DNA of 64,000 nucleotides from the human T2T-CHM13v2.0 reference genome, Homo sapiens: assembly GCF_009914755.1 (NCBI RefSeq), contig NC_060929.1. One strand, written 5' to 3'. Both the position numbers and the translations under genes were made by a program. How positions within the stretch are numbered: the first letter of the stretch is position 1; each line of letters begins with the position of its first letter. The notes beneath the pieces are model-generated. The model made no database searches, was not told the origin of the DNA, and saw nothing but the letters and a program-made list of their open reading frames with translations. Positions 31,378 to 43,627 of the stretch are shown in pieces.

Positions 31378-33384
31378 GTACATGTATATATGATGGAATA
31401 CTACTCAGCCATACAAAGGAACGAATTAACAGCATTTGCAATGACCTGGATGAGATTGGAGACTATTATTCTAAGTGGAGTAACTCAGGAATGGAAAACC
31501 AAACATCATATGTTCTCACTGATATGTGGAAGCTAAGCATTAAGAATGCAAAGGCATAAGAATGATACAATGGACTTTGGGGCACCAAAATCTCACTAAT
31601 CACCACTAAAGAACTTAGGTAACCAAATACCACTTGTACCCCAACAACTCATGGAAAAATAGTAATAATAAAATTAAACATTAAACATTAAATTAAAAAA
31701 TACTAGCAAGCAAAATACAAACAACCCCATTAAAAAGTGGGCAAATGACATGAACAACATGAACAGACACTTTTCAAAAGAAGAAATACACATGCCCAGC
31801 AAGCATATAAAGAACTCTCAATAACATTAATTATTAGAGAAATGCAAATCAAAACCACAGTGAGATATCGTCTCACATCGGTCAGAATTGCTCTTACTAA
31901 AAAGTCAAAACATAACAAATGCTGGAGAGGTTGTGGAGAAAAGGAATCACTTGTACCCTGCTGGTGGGAATATAAATTAGTTCAGCCATGGTGGAAAGCA
32001 GTCTGACAATTTCTCAAAGAACTTAAAACAGAACTATCATTCCACCCAGCAATCCCACAATTGAATATATACCCAAAGGAATATAAATAATTCTCCCATA
32101 AAGACACACACATGAGTATGCTCATCAAAACACTATTCACAATAGCAAAGACAGAGAGTCAATCTAAATGCCCATCAATGGAAGACTGGTAAAGAAAATG
32201 TGGTGCATATACACTATGGAATACTATGCAGCCATAAAAAATAACAAGATCATTTCCTTTGCAGCAACATGGACGGAGCTGGAGGCCATTAGGCAAACTA
32301 ATACGGGAACAGAAAACTACCGTATGGTCTCACTTATAAATGGGAACTAAATATTGAGTACACATGAACACAAAGAAGGAAACAACAGACACCAGGACCT
32401 ACTTGAGGGTAGAAGGCGAGGAGGAGGGTCAGGATTTAAAAACTACCTATTGGGTACTGTGTTTAATACCTGGGTGACAAAATAATCTGTACGCCAAACC
32501 CCCCATGACGCATAATTTACCTGCATAACAAACCTGCACATGTACCCCTGAACCTAAAAAAGTTGAAAAAAAAGAAGGGTGCCAAGACTACACAATAGGG
32601 GAAGGGATCATTTCTTCAACAAATGGTATTGGGTGTTGGGAAAACTGGACATCCACATTCAAGGAAAAAAATCTGGACACTTATTCCACACCATATACAA
32701 AAATTAACTCAAAATGGGTTAAAGACCTAAACATAAGACAAACATAAAACCTGAAGCTATAACATTCTTAGAAAAAACACAGGGGAAATGCTTCATGACA
32801 TTGGGTTTGAAAAAAGGTTTTTGGATGTTATATCAAAAGCACAGGCAATGAAAGCAAAAATAAACATATGGGATGACATCAAACTTAAAAGCTTCTTTGC
32901 AGGAAAAAAAACAATCAAGACTGAAAAGGCAAACTACATATGGGAGAAAATATTTGCAAACCAGTTATCTGATAAGGGGTTAATATTCAGAATATGTAAA
33001 GAACTCCTACAACTCAACAACAACAAAAAAAACAGCCTGATTTAGAAATGGGTGAAAAATTTGAATAGATGTTTCTCCATAGAAGATAAACAAATGGCCA
33101 ACAAGCACATGAAGAGTTGATTAGTATCACTAATCATTAGAGAAATGCAAATCAAAACCACAATGAGATATGACTTCACATGTATTAGAATGGTCTCTAT
33201 CAAAAAAAACAACAACAGAAAATAGCAAGTGCTGGTGAGACTGTGGAAAAAATTGGAAACTTTGGGCATTGTAGGTGGGATTGTAAAATGGTGCAGCCTC
33301 TATGGAAAACAGTATGAAAATTTGTCAAAAAATTTAAAATAGAACTACCATATGATCCAGCAATCCCACTTCTGGGTATGTGTC

Positions 33385-33742
33385 TTTCTTATTTCATTTT
33401 CTACTGCTAAAACCGAATACCTGAAACTAGGTAGTTTATAAAGAAAATAATTGTCCTTCTTACAATTCTGAATGATGAAAGTCCAAGAGCATGGTGTTGG
33501 TGTCTGACAAGGGTCTTCTTGCTACATTGTCCCATGGCAAAAGGTGAAAGGGTAAGCAAGTACGGAAAGAGGATGAGGGGTGAGCTGCATCTTTTTATCA
33601 GGAACCCACTCCCACAATAACAGCATTAATCCATTTTAAGGGTGGAACTCTCATGACCTAATCACCTCTTAAAGGTTCCACTTTTTAATACTGTTACAAT
33701 GGCAATTAAATTTCAACGTGTTAGGACATGCAGACCATAGTG
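33385..33742 (-). mobile_element. MST-like solo LTR nested in L1MA
   Basis: aagtccaagagcatggtg...atgacctaatcacctcttaaagg...gcaattaaatttcaac; similar to 7001-7369. Confidence 0.8.
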
Positions 33743-35424
33743 GTATCCAAAAGGATTAAAAACTGGATTTTGAAGAGATTTTTGCACACCAATGTTTATA
33801 GCAGCATCATTCACGATAGCCAAGAAGTGGAAGCAACCTAAAATGTGCCTCAATGGATAAATAGATAAAGAGAATGTGGCATATACAATGGAATACTACC
33901 CAGTGTTAAAAAAAAAGAAGGAAATCTTGTCAGATGTTATGATAAACCTTGAGGGCATTATGTCCAGTGAAATGAGCCAGTCACGAAAGGACAAGTACAG
34001 CACTCTTTCATTTATGTGAGGAGTCTAAAGTAGTCAGACTCATAGGAATGGAAAATAGAAGGGTGGTTGCCAGGGGCTTGGGGAGGGAGAGTTGCTTAAT
34101 GGGTCTAAGGTAGAATTGTGGACTCTGGGGCTCTGTTGCAAACAATGTGCATGTGGTTGACAGTATTCTACTGTTCACTTGGAAATTGTTAGAAGGGTAA
34201 ATTTTGTGTTATGTGTTTTTATGGCACAATGAAAAATGAAAAATAAATTTCATCTTCTGAGTGTTTGCTCTATTATCCATCCTGCAGAACTCAACCAAGA
34301 GTATCTGTAGTTTTTATTTTCCATTTTTTATATCCCTTTTATTCACACTTTTATTCCTCACTTAGTTTTCAAACCCTTTTTCATGATGAGAAGAATACCA
34401 GGTCCTGGGGGAATGGAAAGCTGTATGAGATACTGATCCAGATGTCAGGAGCTCACCGTTCTATGACAGGGACAGTCAGGTAAACAACAAGGCACCTCCC
34501 AGCCCAGCTGGGGTGGGTGGGGCTGGGAGTCTTGCCAAAGAGCCAGGAGTTGCCACACAGTAGAACTCTCCATAAGCAATTGTTGATAAATAGAGAATGG
34601 AAGGTTGGGTGAAGTATCACCATCTTTTTTTTTTTTTCCTTTTCACAAACAGAAACAAAACAAAATCCCACTGGCTATGATTATGACTGTAATTATTGTA
34701 ATAATTATTTTGCTTTCTACCATGGCATAGTTCAACCACAATAGTAAATGGGCTTCTATGAAGAAAAAGAGATGAAGAGGGAATTTTTCACTCTCTCATT
34801 ATTAAGTTTCCTTCTCGAAGGGAGATGCCAGTGGAAAATGATGACAGAAAATACGGTGATGAATAATTCACTCTGCCTAATTTCATATAATTTTGTTTTC
34901 TTTATGAGTTAGTAATTAGAATATGCAGGTTATTTAAGGGACAGAAAATGGCTCTTTAAACTCAGGTAAAAAGAAGTTGTATACTATTATTGGTTTAAAA
35001 AATTACAAACAAAAACCAAAAAATGCCTTCAGGAGCTATCTTGTCTTCCTTGGGTCTCTGTAAGCATCTCAGGGCTGCAGCTTTCACAGGGAAAGAGGCT
35101 TTTGGGTCGAAACCCTGTGGATGCCAGCACGGTGGTCTCTGTGCAAGCCAAAATGTCCATGCTTCTGTGAAGTTCAGGCACTTGGCAAGATTTTAAATAA
35201 ATGCTAGCTTGAATGCTCAAGATATTTGACTGACCTAAGGGGTGGTGGGCACCATGACTTGGATATAGCTGCATAAAGCATAATTACCAAGCCTGGCTGT
35301 CTGTATGCCAAGGATGCCAGGTAAAACCCTGGCCACCCACAATTAGGCTCTGCCTTTTTGTTGGGAGGACCACTGTGAGTAGTGTCTGGACAGAAAAGGG
35401 GGCCAAGGAGACCTCACAAATCAG

Positions 35425-35560
35425 TACCTGTTGCAGGTTCCTCATCTATAAAATAGGAACACAAAGAGCACCTATCTCATCGGGTTGCAGAGAGGACTGG
35501 GTGAGATGATGAAAGTCAAGTGCATGGTTTTCTGTGTGGCACATAGAAAGTGCCAACTAT
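35425..35560 (+). mobile_element. MIR
   Basis: ttcctcatctataaaatagg...tggcacatag. Confidence 0.6.
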
Positions 35561-35649
35561 GATATTCTTATGATTAGTGGTGGAGGTCCTATGAATATTG
35601 CATTATTGGGAGACACAGTAAGATGAAAATATCACATGCCATTGTGCTA

Positions 35650-36118
35650 GTCATTCTCTGCATGTCCCCACCTCAAATCTTCCCCCCAGCCTGCTCTGAG
35701 CCCACATCATCTATGGGCCACATCATCTGGCTCCCTTGTCTTGCAACATCCTGGGGGTTCAGACAATGGGAGACTCTGGTAGGGACAGAGGGAGGTCTGG
35801 TCCCAGGGCAGGAGGAAAGAGAGGTGGGGCATCTATCTCCCTCCTCACTTGCTTCCTGTCTTACCTCTGTTTGGCTGTTTCTACTGTTGTAGGTCCTGTC
35901 ACACAACCCCTTTGTGTCCAAAGCTGTCTCCAGGCCCTGGGAACAGCTTCCGTTCTCTTGCCCCTTTGGGCCTAGAAGGATACAGGTCAGAGGAGCGGGA
36001 TCTGCCCATGGGTCCTATTGACCCTGCACACACCTCTGTAAATAGCCTCTTCATTAGCCTCCCCTCAGGTAAACCCTTTGAGTTTTCACTTGTAGCCTGC
36101 CGGGATACTGAGTAATCA
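35650..36118 (+). mobile_element. LTR33/LTR41-like ERVL solo LTR
   Basis: 3' end cacacctctgtaaatagcctcttcatta...cctgccgggatactga. Confidence 0.55.
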
Positions 36119-36184
36119 GTTAAACATTTTTGTAAGTTTCTAATATGAGCAAAGAAGCATGCAAAGTATATATAATTTCATTTT

Positions 36185-36340
36185 AAAACAAGCTTATGAG
36201 AAAGGGCTTATTAATGTCATTTTGGAGACAAGGAAAGAGTGATTCTGAGAGGTTTAAAGTAATCAGCCCAAGACCTCATGGAGAGTAAGAAACAGAGCCA
36301 GGGCTGAAAGCCAGGCCTGCCTGCCTCCAACTCCAGTCTC
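36185..36340 (-). mobile_element. MIR
   Basis: ctgagaggtttaaagtaatcagcccaagacc...cagagccagggctgaaagccagg. Confidence 0.6.
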
Positions 36341-37259
36341 TGAGTGGAGTCTGTTGTAGCCTCTGATATAGAGGGGAAATTGACAGGGTAGAGGAGTGGG
36401 AGCCCCACGCAAAGTCTCAAAGCCTCTGATGTGTAGGTGTGGGAAGAAGCTGTATATTGCAGAGCAATAATGCTGCCGTGGAATTTGTGAGTAGTGGTTA
36501 CAGATAGTCACTGAAGTGAGAAAAGAAACAGAAAGAAAAAAAAGTGGGGGACAAGAGAGAGAGAGAACAGGTGTGTGTGTGTAAGCGACCACATTTATTT
36601 TTAACTTGTGGGCTCGTGACACTTGGCCTGCAGCACAATCTCTGTTGCATGTCCTGAGACTCCAGCTAGGCTCTTTGGACAATGCCACAAACATCTGGCT
36701 GCTGAAAACCTGGCCCTTTTGGAGATCTTGAGACCCCTGCCAGATTATTTGAAAGAAACCATAGCTCTGATAAAAATTCCTGTGGCAGATACTCTTTTGA
36801 CATTTTCCCAATCTTACTCAAAACCTGCTCAGACTCCACAGAAAGGCTCATGATCTCCAGGTGGCTCTTGGTAATTAAAAAGGTATGACAGATTACCCAG
36901 GGCCTGTCTGCAAATAACGCTGTACCTGGGGGCCAAGTCCAATTGCGCTTCAAGGAGCTTTTGCTTATCAGATTAGAGGCAAATGTACTTCTGAGAAGGG
37001 GAAGTTAAATAGTTCGGAACATTGAAAATGATAATGCTCTTGACCCAAAATCATCCTCTCACTTCCGTAGCTTTAAGAAGACTGCCATAAACCCATAATC
37101 AGGCTTTCCATGTAAAAGAAAGAACCGCCTCCGACTGTCACTTAACTGTCATCTAAAACTTGTATTCCCAAGGCCACCTTCACTGTCTATTTTTAACGTG
37201 TGGCCATTATCTATATAGAAGAAGCAGATGATGGTTCAGATGGATCAGCTACAGCCTGT

Positions 37260-37818
37260 TCATCCATCCATCCATCCATCCATCCATCCATCCATCCATC
37301 CATCCATCCATCTGTCCATCCATCCACCAATCCTCTGTAACCACTCCTCATTCAAAAAGTTTATCCATCTATTTGTCCATTCATCCACCTATTCATCTAT
37401 AAATCAACTCATAAACTTATTAATGCATAATACACTCATTGACAGAAAAAGCCATTCATCATCTATCAATTTGCCTACTCATCTATCAACTCATTCACTT
37501 ATAAATGCATACATACACTCGCTGATTGAAAAATTCATCCATCCATCCATCCATCCATCCTTGCACTCATCTATGAATCAACTTGTTCACTTCCAAGAAC
37601 ATACTTATAATCATTGATTTAAAAATCAACCAATGAATCCATTAATCCATCCATCTATCCACTCATTTATCTATCCATTCATCCACCTACTTATCCATCA
37701 ATCAGCTAATTTACTTATAAATATACATACACACTCAATGATTGAAAAATATATCCATCCGTCCATCTTTCCACCCACCACTCACCTACTTATTCACCAA
37801 GTATACATCCATCCATTT
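37260..37818. repeat. (CATC)n-rich tract with four copies of a ~49-bp degenerate core
   Basis: Pure CATC runs at 37261-37312 and 37536-37560; cores start at 37403, 37485, 37577 and 37701. Confidence 0.85.
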
Positions 37819-37867
37819 GAATAAACACTCATTTGCTCTTATATTCAACTAACATTGACTAAGAACC

Positions 37868-38075
37868 AATAGTAATGATAACACTTTGTTTAGCTTTTAC
37901 AGTATGCCAGGTAGTGCACTAAGTGCTTTAACAGGGATTACCTCATTTAGTTATCAAAACAAGACCATTAAGATAGAGACAGTTATTATCGTCTCTGCTT
38001 CAGAGATAAGAAATCTGAGTTTCAGAGATCTAATACTTCTCCCAAGGTGGCACAGCTAGTAAGTGACGAAGTTCA
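37868..38075 (-). mobile_element. MIR
   Basis: tatgccaggtagtgcactaagtgcttta...cccaaggtggcacagctagtaagtg. Confidence 0.75.
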
Positions 38076-38529
38076 TGTCCTTCCTCATTCTGTTGGGGGC
38101 AGGTCCAGGGCTGCACATGGAAAACATGAAAGAACACCAATGAGGACACGGGCTTGAGGTGCTCCCAGCCCCTGGGGCTGACAGACACATTAAAAAGAAA
38201 ATTCAAATTCAAAATCCTAGTGTCTGTTTTTGACCATCGGGGACCTGACTTCAGAAAAGTTGACTTTTCCAAACTCACACAGGTAAGGAGGGCAAAGCTG
38301 AAATTCAAATTTGGGACTGCTTTCTTCCAATGCCACTTTTCCAATAAACCACTATTGCCTAATATTCAATTATTTGAATAAGACCTTTACAATTTTCACC
38401 ACTTCTTGTAGCTGCAATTACTATTATTCTTTTAATATTTTTATTAATCTCAAAAACTTAACCCTGATCAACATAATCTGTGAGGTTGCATTTTAAGATG
38501 CCAATTACCTATTTTTTCCTGGTACACAT

Positions 38530-38929
38530 TGTATTTGTTTATTAGGGCTGCCATAATAAAACACTACAGATTGGGTGGCTTAAAAAACAAAAATTTATTT
38601 TCTCACAGTTCGGAAGGCTGGAAGTCCAAGATCAAAGTGCTGGCAGGGTTGGCTTCTGGCAAGGCCTCTCTCCCTGGCTTATGTTGGCCTGTTGGCCACC
38701 TTCTCGCGTGAGTTCGCTTGGCTTTTTTTTTTTTTCTTTCTGTGCGTGCACTCCCAGTGTATCTTCCTCCTCTTATGAAGACACCAGTCCTGGTGAATCC
38801 AAGCCCTACCCTTATGACCTCATTTAACCTTAATTGCATTCTTAAAGGTTCTATTCCCTAAACACCATCACACTGAGGGTCAGGGCTTCAACATATGAAT
38901 TTGGGGGGCACAGAATTCAGTCCATAACA
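38530..38929 (-). mobile_element. MLT1B-like solo LTR
   Basis: TG...CA ends with perfect TSD CACAT at 38525-38529 and 38930-38934. Confidence 0.9.
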
Positions 38930-39879
38930 CACATTAAAGTAAGTTCAAGCCTAAAAACGCTCAGCCAGGTGCCCTCTAAAATCATTCTGCACATCACCAT
39001 ACTTAAGGGCATGCTGCACTCCCAATGTTGCCATTCATAAAACAGTGGTGAAGCAGCTGGTGGAAATGCTTTGTGGATACAGACACAAGCCCAGATGGAG
39101 GGAAGGAGTCAGGCTACAGAGGAACAAGAGACCCCAGTATGGTAGTGAAGCTTTAATTGCTGAGTTGCTCCCTAGGGATGCCGATTAGAGGAAGAAGATG
39201 GAGCAAAACAGGTGTTTGGATAGATGAGACCCAAGAAAGGAGCCATATTTGGCTCTGTCAGAAATGTACTCATTTGCTACAAAATAGACCCAGCCTGGAT
39301 GGAGCTGGGTTCTGCCCATTGCAAAGTAAAGTATGGGCTGTGCTGCAACCCTCTGTTTTGCTTGCAGTGGTTGCCTCTCTGCTGTGACTTCTTTGCTGGG
39401 ACCTACCTGGGGCACATACTTGCTGTACTCACTATGACATCTTCCCTATACTTCCTCCCTTCATGGCAACTTGAACATGAGTCATTGAGAGGCTGTGTAC
39501 TGCAGGTTGGGGTCTTCTCAGATATTTCACTTGTGCCTCTGATGCTTAAATGAAAGCCTCAGTGTTCATCCGATTTCTCAGAGCACAAGAAGGTAGTCAG
39601 AAGGGTTTGGGCCAGCACAGGAGGCAATCAGTGAAAGGAAGGGGGGATACTCCATGGTCACTACTAAGACCATGATCCCGAGTCCCCACTGGTGGTATGC
39701 TGTGCACCCAACTGGGGATTGGTTTGTGCGGAGATCTCAAATGCAGGTGACGGTGGGGACCACACCACCAATGCGATTGAAAGAGGAAAGCCAGATGAGG
39801 CGGGATGAAGAGAAAGCGCCCCATCTGAACGGGATGTCTATGCAGCTCCAGGAAAACATGCAGGCCATGGTAGAATGTG

Positions 39880-40045
39880 GGCCACTCTGGACTTAACTTT
39901 CTAATTTTTCAAGAGAGATCAGGAATCTGCATTTTTATCTGACAGCTCAATGTTTAAAATCCTGGCAATTACATTTTTTAAGCGTGAAAACATAGTGACC
40001 CCCAAATAATACAGCTATGGGTCATATCTGGTCCTCAGGTGCAAT
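39880..40045. mobile_element. MER103-like DNA transposon fragment
   Basis: ctaatttttcaagagagatcaggaatctgcatttttat. Confidence 0.5.
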
Positions 40046-40149
40046 TCTTATTCTCTGAAATACTTCTCGGGATGACTGATCCTGGCCCCTGGCTCTATCC
40101 CTAATGCTTCACCATGCACTGACTCACCTATTTGTTTTTCCTACCAGAC

Positions 40150-40699
40150 TGAGGATTAGGGTTCTCTAGAGAAACAGAACCAGTAAGATAAATGTAGAGA
40201 GAAGCAGATATGTGATAGGCAACTCAGTGGGGGAATTGGCTCACATGGTTATGGAGGCTGTGATATGGCATCTTCAAGCGAGAGCACCAGGGAAGCCGGC
40301 AGCATGGCTCAGACCAAGTCCCAAGGCTGAGAGACAGGGCAGCTGATGGTGTCACTCACAGTCTGAGACCTGAGAAACTGGGGGGCTGCCAGTGCAGCTC
40401 TCAGAGTCTGAAGGCTGGAGAACCTGGATCTCTGATGTCCGAGGGAGGAGAAAGGTATTCCAGCCTCAGAAGGGAGAAAGTGCGTGTTCTTGTTTTTTCC
40501 AGCCTTTTTGTTCTATCTAGGCCCTCAGCTGATTGGGCAATGCTTACCATGTTGAGAGTGGATCCTCCTTACTCAGTCCATGGATACAAATGCCAATCTA
40601 TTTTGGGAACCCTCACAGACACACCCAAAAATCATGCTTTTCCAGCTATCTGGGCATCCCTTAATCCAGTCAAGTTGACACCTGGAATGAACCATCACA
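40150..40699 (-). mobile_element. MLT2B/C/D-like HERV-L solo LTR
   Basis: ttagggttctctagagaaacagaacc ... ttaatccagtcaagttgacacc...aaccatcaca. Confidence 0.85.
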
Positions 40700-41004
40700 G
40701 AGAGAATACTAAGGGCTGGGACTGGGTCTTTGCCCTCCTTTTATTCTCTGAGCTCAAAGCTCAGATCTAGGGTCAGACCCAAAGTGGACACCAAGTGAAC
40801 TCTCAGGCACTTAACTGGATTAAAGATAAACCAGTGCTTCAATGCAGAAGTACTGAGTCTTCTCAGCTCTTGTTGGCTCTGGGAGGTTTCTATGAAGGGT
40901 CATCCCAGCCAGTCCTCACTTAGCCTATGACTGGGTCTGCTGATCAGGAGAGTAGCACAAGGACTTCTATAATTTCCTGACTGGCCCATGCCAGCTTAGC
41001 TCAC

Positions 41005-41466
41005 TGTGATGGTTAATACTGAGTGTTAACTTGATTGGATTGAAGGATGCAAAGTATTGATCCTGGGAGTGTCTGTAAGGGTGTTGCCAAAGGAGATTAA
41101 CATTTGAGTCAGCGGGCTGGGAAAGGCAGACCCAAGCTTAATCTGGGTGGGCACCATCTAATCAGCTGCCAGCGTGGCTAGAATATAAAACAGGCAGAAA
41201 AAAAAAAATGTGAAAAGACTAGACTGGCCTAGCCTCTCAGCCTATATCTTTCTCCCATGCTGGACCTTTCCGGCCCTTGAACATTGGCCTCTAAGTTCTT
41301 CAGTTTTGGGACTCGGACTGGCTTTCCTTGTTCCTCAGCTTGCAGACGGCCTGTTGTGGGACCTAGTGATCATGTGAGTTAATACTTAATAAACTCCCCT
41401 TTATGTATACATATATGAATATATATGTATCCTATTAGTTCTGTTCCTCTAGAGAACTCTAATACA
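41005..41466 (+). mobile_element. MLT2A (probably MLT2A1) HERV-L solo LTR
   Basis: tgtgatggttaatactgagtg...ttgattggattgaaggatgcaaag ... ctctagagaactctaataca; TSD ctcac/ttcac. Confidence 0.92.
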
Positions 41467-43243
41467 TTCACCTTATTGTCTCATACTCTGAGCCTTTACA
41501 AACGTGCTGGAAACACCCTTCCTGCCTGTCTTCCTTGGCACAAGTCATTCTGAGAACTTGCCTTAGGCATAATCTCATTTGATAAACCTTTATATTTCCA
41601 CTAGACAAAATGAATTGAACCTTGTACTACAGGAAATACCATCCCACATTATTATTGTCCCTCTTCGATTCTGAATCTGGGGTCAGAAATTAATGTCTGA
41701 AAAATGAAGCCAAGTTGTATCCTCACACCTGTGGGGTTTCAGTTGTCAGCCTCAGTCTGGATCTCTTAGGAAGTGGAAGCCAGCATTTTTAAAGCACTAG
41801 CACCTGGGATTTTGCTGCCTCAGACACAAGGAGGGGAGCTTTGGGGAGTCTGGATTGGAGGCCAACCAAGTTTATCCATTGCAGGCATGGGGAAGAGATA
41901 GCTCACACTGTCAACAATAGTTACGGCTGCATCACCACTACATCTACTGAGTCTTGCACAGTGCCCAACTCTGGTAGGAGCCCAACCAATATTTCTTAAT
42001 TGAAGTAAGGATAAAATGGTAAAACGTGTGTTAAGATATAGAGAATTTATGTCCTGTATCACTTGTTTTTATAAAACTCTCTTTGGAGTATTTTGCTTGC
42101 TAACATTGCAGGTCTCTCTCTCTCTCTCTGCTTTTCTCTTTCCTTTCTCTTCTCTCATCCATCTCTTATCACCTCTCAGGGCTGTTACCGTACTTGGCCT
42201 GCAGCTCTATTTTACATTTGATCTTCTTTGCAAGAACTGAGGGGCTGCTATCTTCACAATGAAATAAATAAACAAAATGCAAGACTTTATAATGGTTGTT
42301 TATTACCTAAACAGAACCTCTTTCACCTTTTGGTGACTTGGTCATTGAGTCATTCACACCATAGGTCAAGGCATCTCTGATCACCTCCAGAACAAATCTG
42401 ATGGGATTCCTCACAGGGGAAATAGGAGGGACCTGCTGCTGGCTATGAACCTGTAGCATTCCAGGCACGATCCTCTTCATCCTCCTGAATTACCTCCATG
42501 GCTCTGTGAGAAGCAGTCTGGTGGAAGAACTGTGGGTTTGTTTTCAACATCCGTTCCCACTTCGCTCTCATCCACCTACAGAGGATGGGCCCTAAAATAG
42601 GCAATTTCCAATAGGCAATTTACCATTCGCGATGTGATTGCTTTTGGCCAAGCAGCAACAAGATTTGAGATCAGACATGGCACTTCTGGAGCAGGGACTG
42701 CACTTAGCCACTTGTGCACTTTTGCCTGGAGGCTGCAAGGTGGGGGTGTTTGGCTTTTCTGTGGCAGCTGTGGTAGTGGTTCTAGCATCTACGCCCAAGC
42801 TACATGGGGTCAAGGGCATCATCTTGCAGGTGCGCATCATGGCCGAGGCAACATGATTCTGGAGCTGGAGTGTCATGGGATCCCAGCCTGGAAAAGAGCT
42901 TCGAGATTCTATCCTTTCTTCCCTGGGCAGAGGCAGCAGCTTCCTGGGCAGGCCAGTTCTACAGTGTTTTGAAAATCTACTCTAGAATTCATTTCTTCAA
43001 CCCTCTTAAAGATGCTCTAACCATTTGTGCTCAAGTAGATTCTGTTTTCTGCAACTGAACCCTGCTTGACACACCCATTTCACAGAAAAGAAAATGAAGG
43101 CCCAGAGTGATGAAATGATGAGTCTCAGGTGCCCTGGTTGTAACAGAGGAAGAGATTCTGCATAAGCTGCCTTAGTAGTGCTGAGCTTTCATTCATTCGA
43201 GAAAGAGCAGCCAATGCCTCTGATAGTCCATCCTCAAGAATCA

Positions 43244-43627
<384 letters not shown>

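Larger units (their letters stand above)
28934..31700 (+). mobile_element. L1PB1-like element nested in the L1PA15/16 copy
   Basis: ORF2 register jumps back near 28934; own 3' end aatgatacaatggactttgggg...caccactaaagaactta plus A-rich tail; host resumes near 31701. Confidence 0.8.
28465..32571 (+). mobile_element. L1PA15/16-like 5'-truncated element nested in L1MA
   Basis: TSD aa(a/g)aagggtgccaa at 28451-28464 and 32572-32585; 3' end ...aaacctgcacatgtacccctgaacctaaaa. Confidence 0.85.

Noticed and set aside
36263-36953. Overlapping 76-182 aa ORFs in mostly unique DNA
   Set aside because: No recognisable domain, several non-ATG starts, partial overlap with a MIR; consistent with chance
37228-37824. 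His/Pro/Ser/Ile-rich ORFs and a CRISPR-like repeat-spacer look
   Set aside because: The ORFs are translations of (CATC)n; the cores are degenerate, the spacers are low-complexity, there are no cas genes and the DNA is primate
42576-43058. Cluster of ORFs on both strands in a GC-richer patch
   Set aside because: Fewer stops are expected at higher GC; no homology recognised and no clear splice structure
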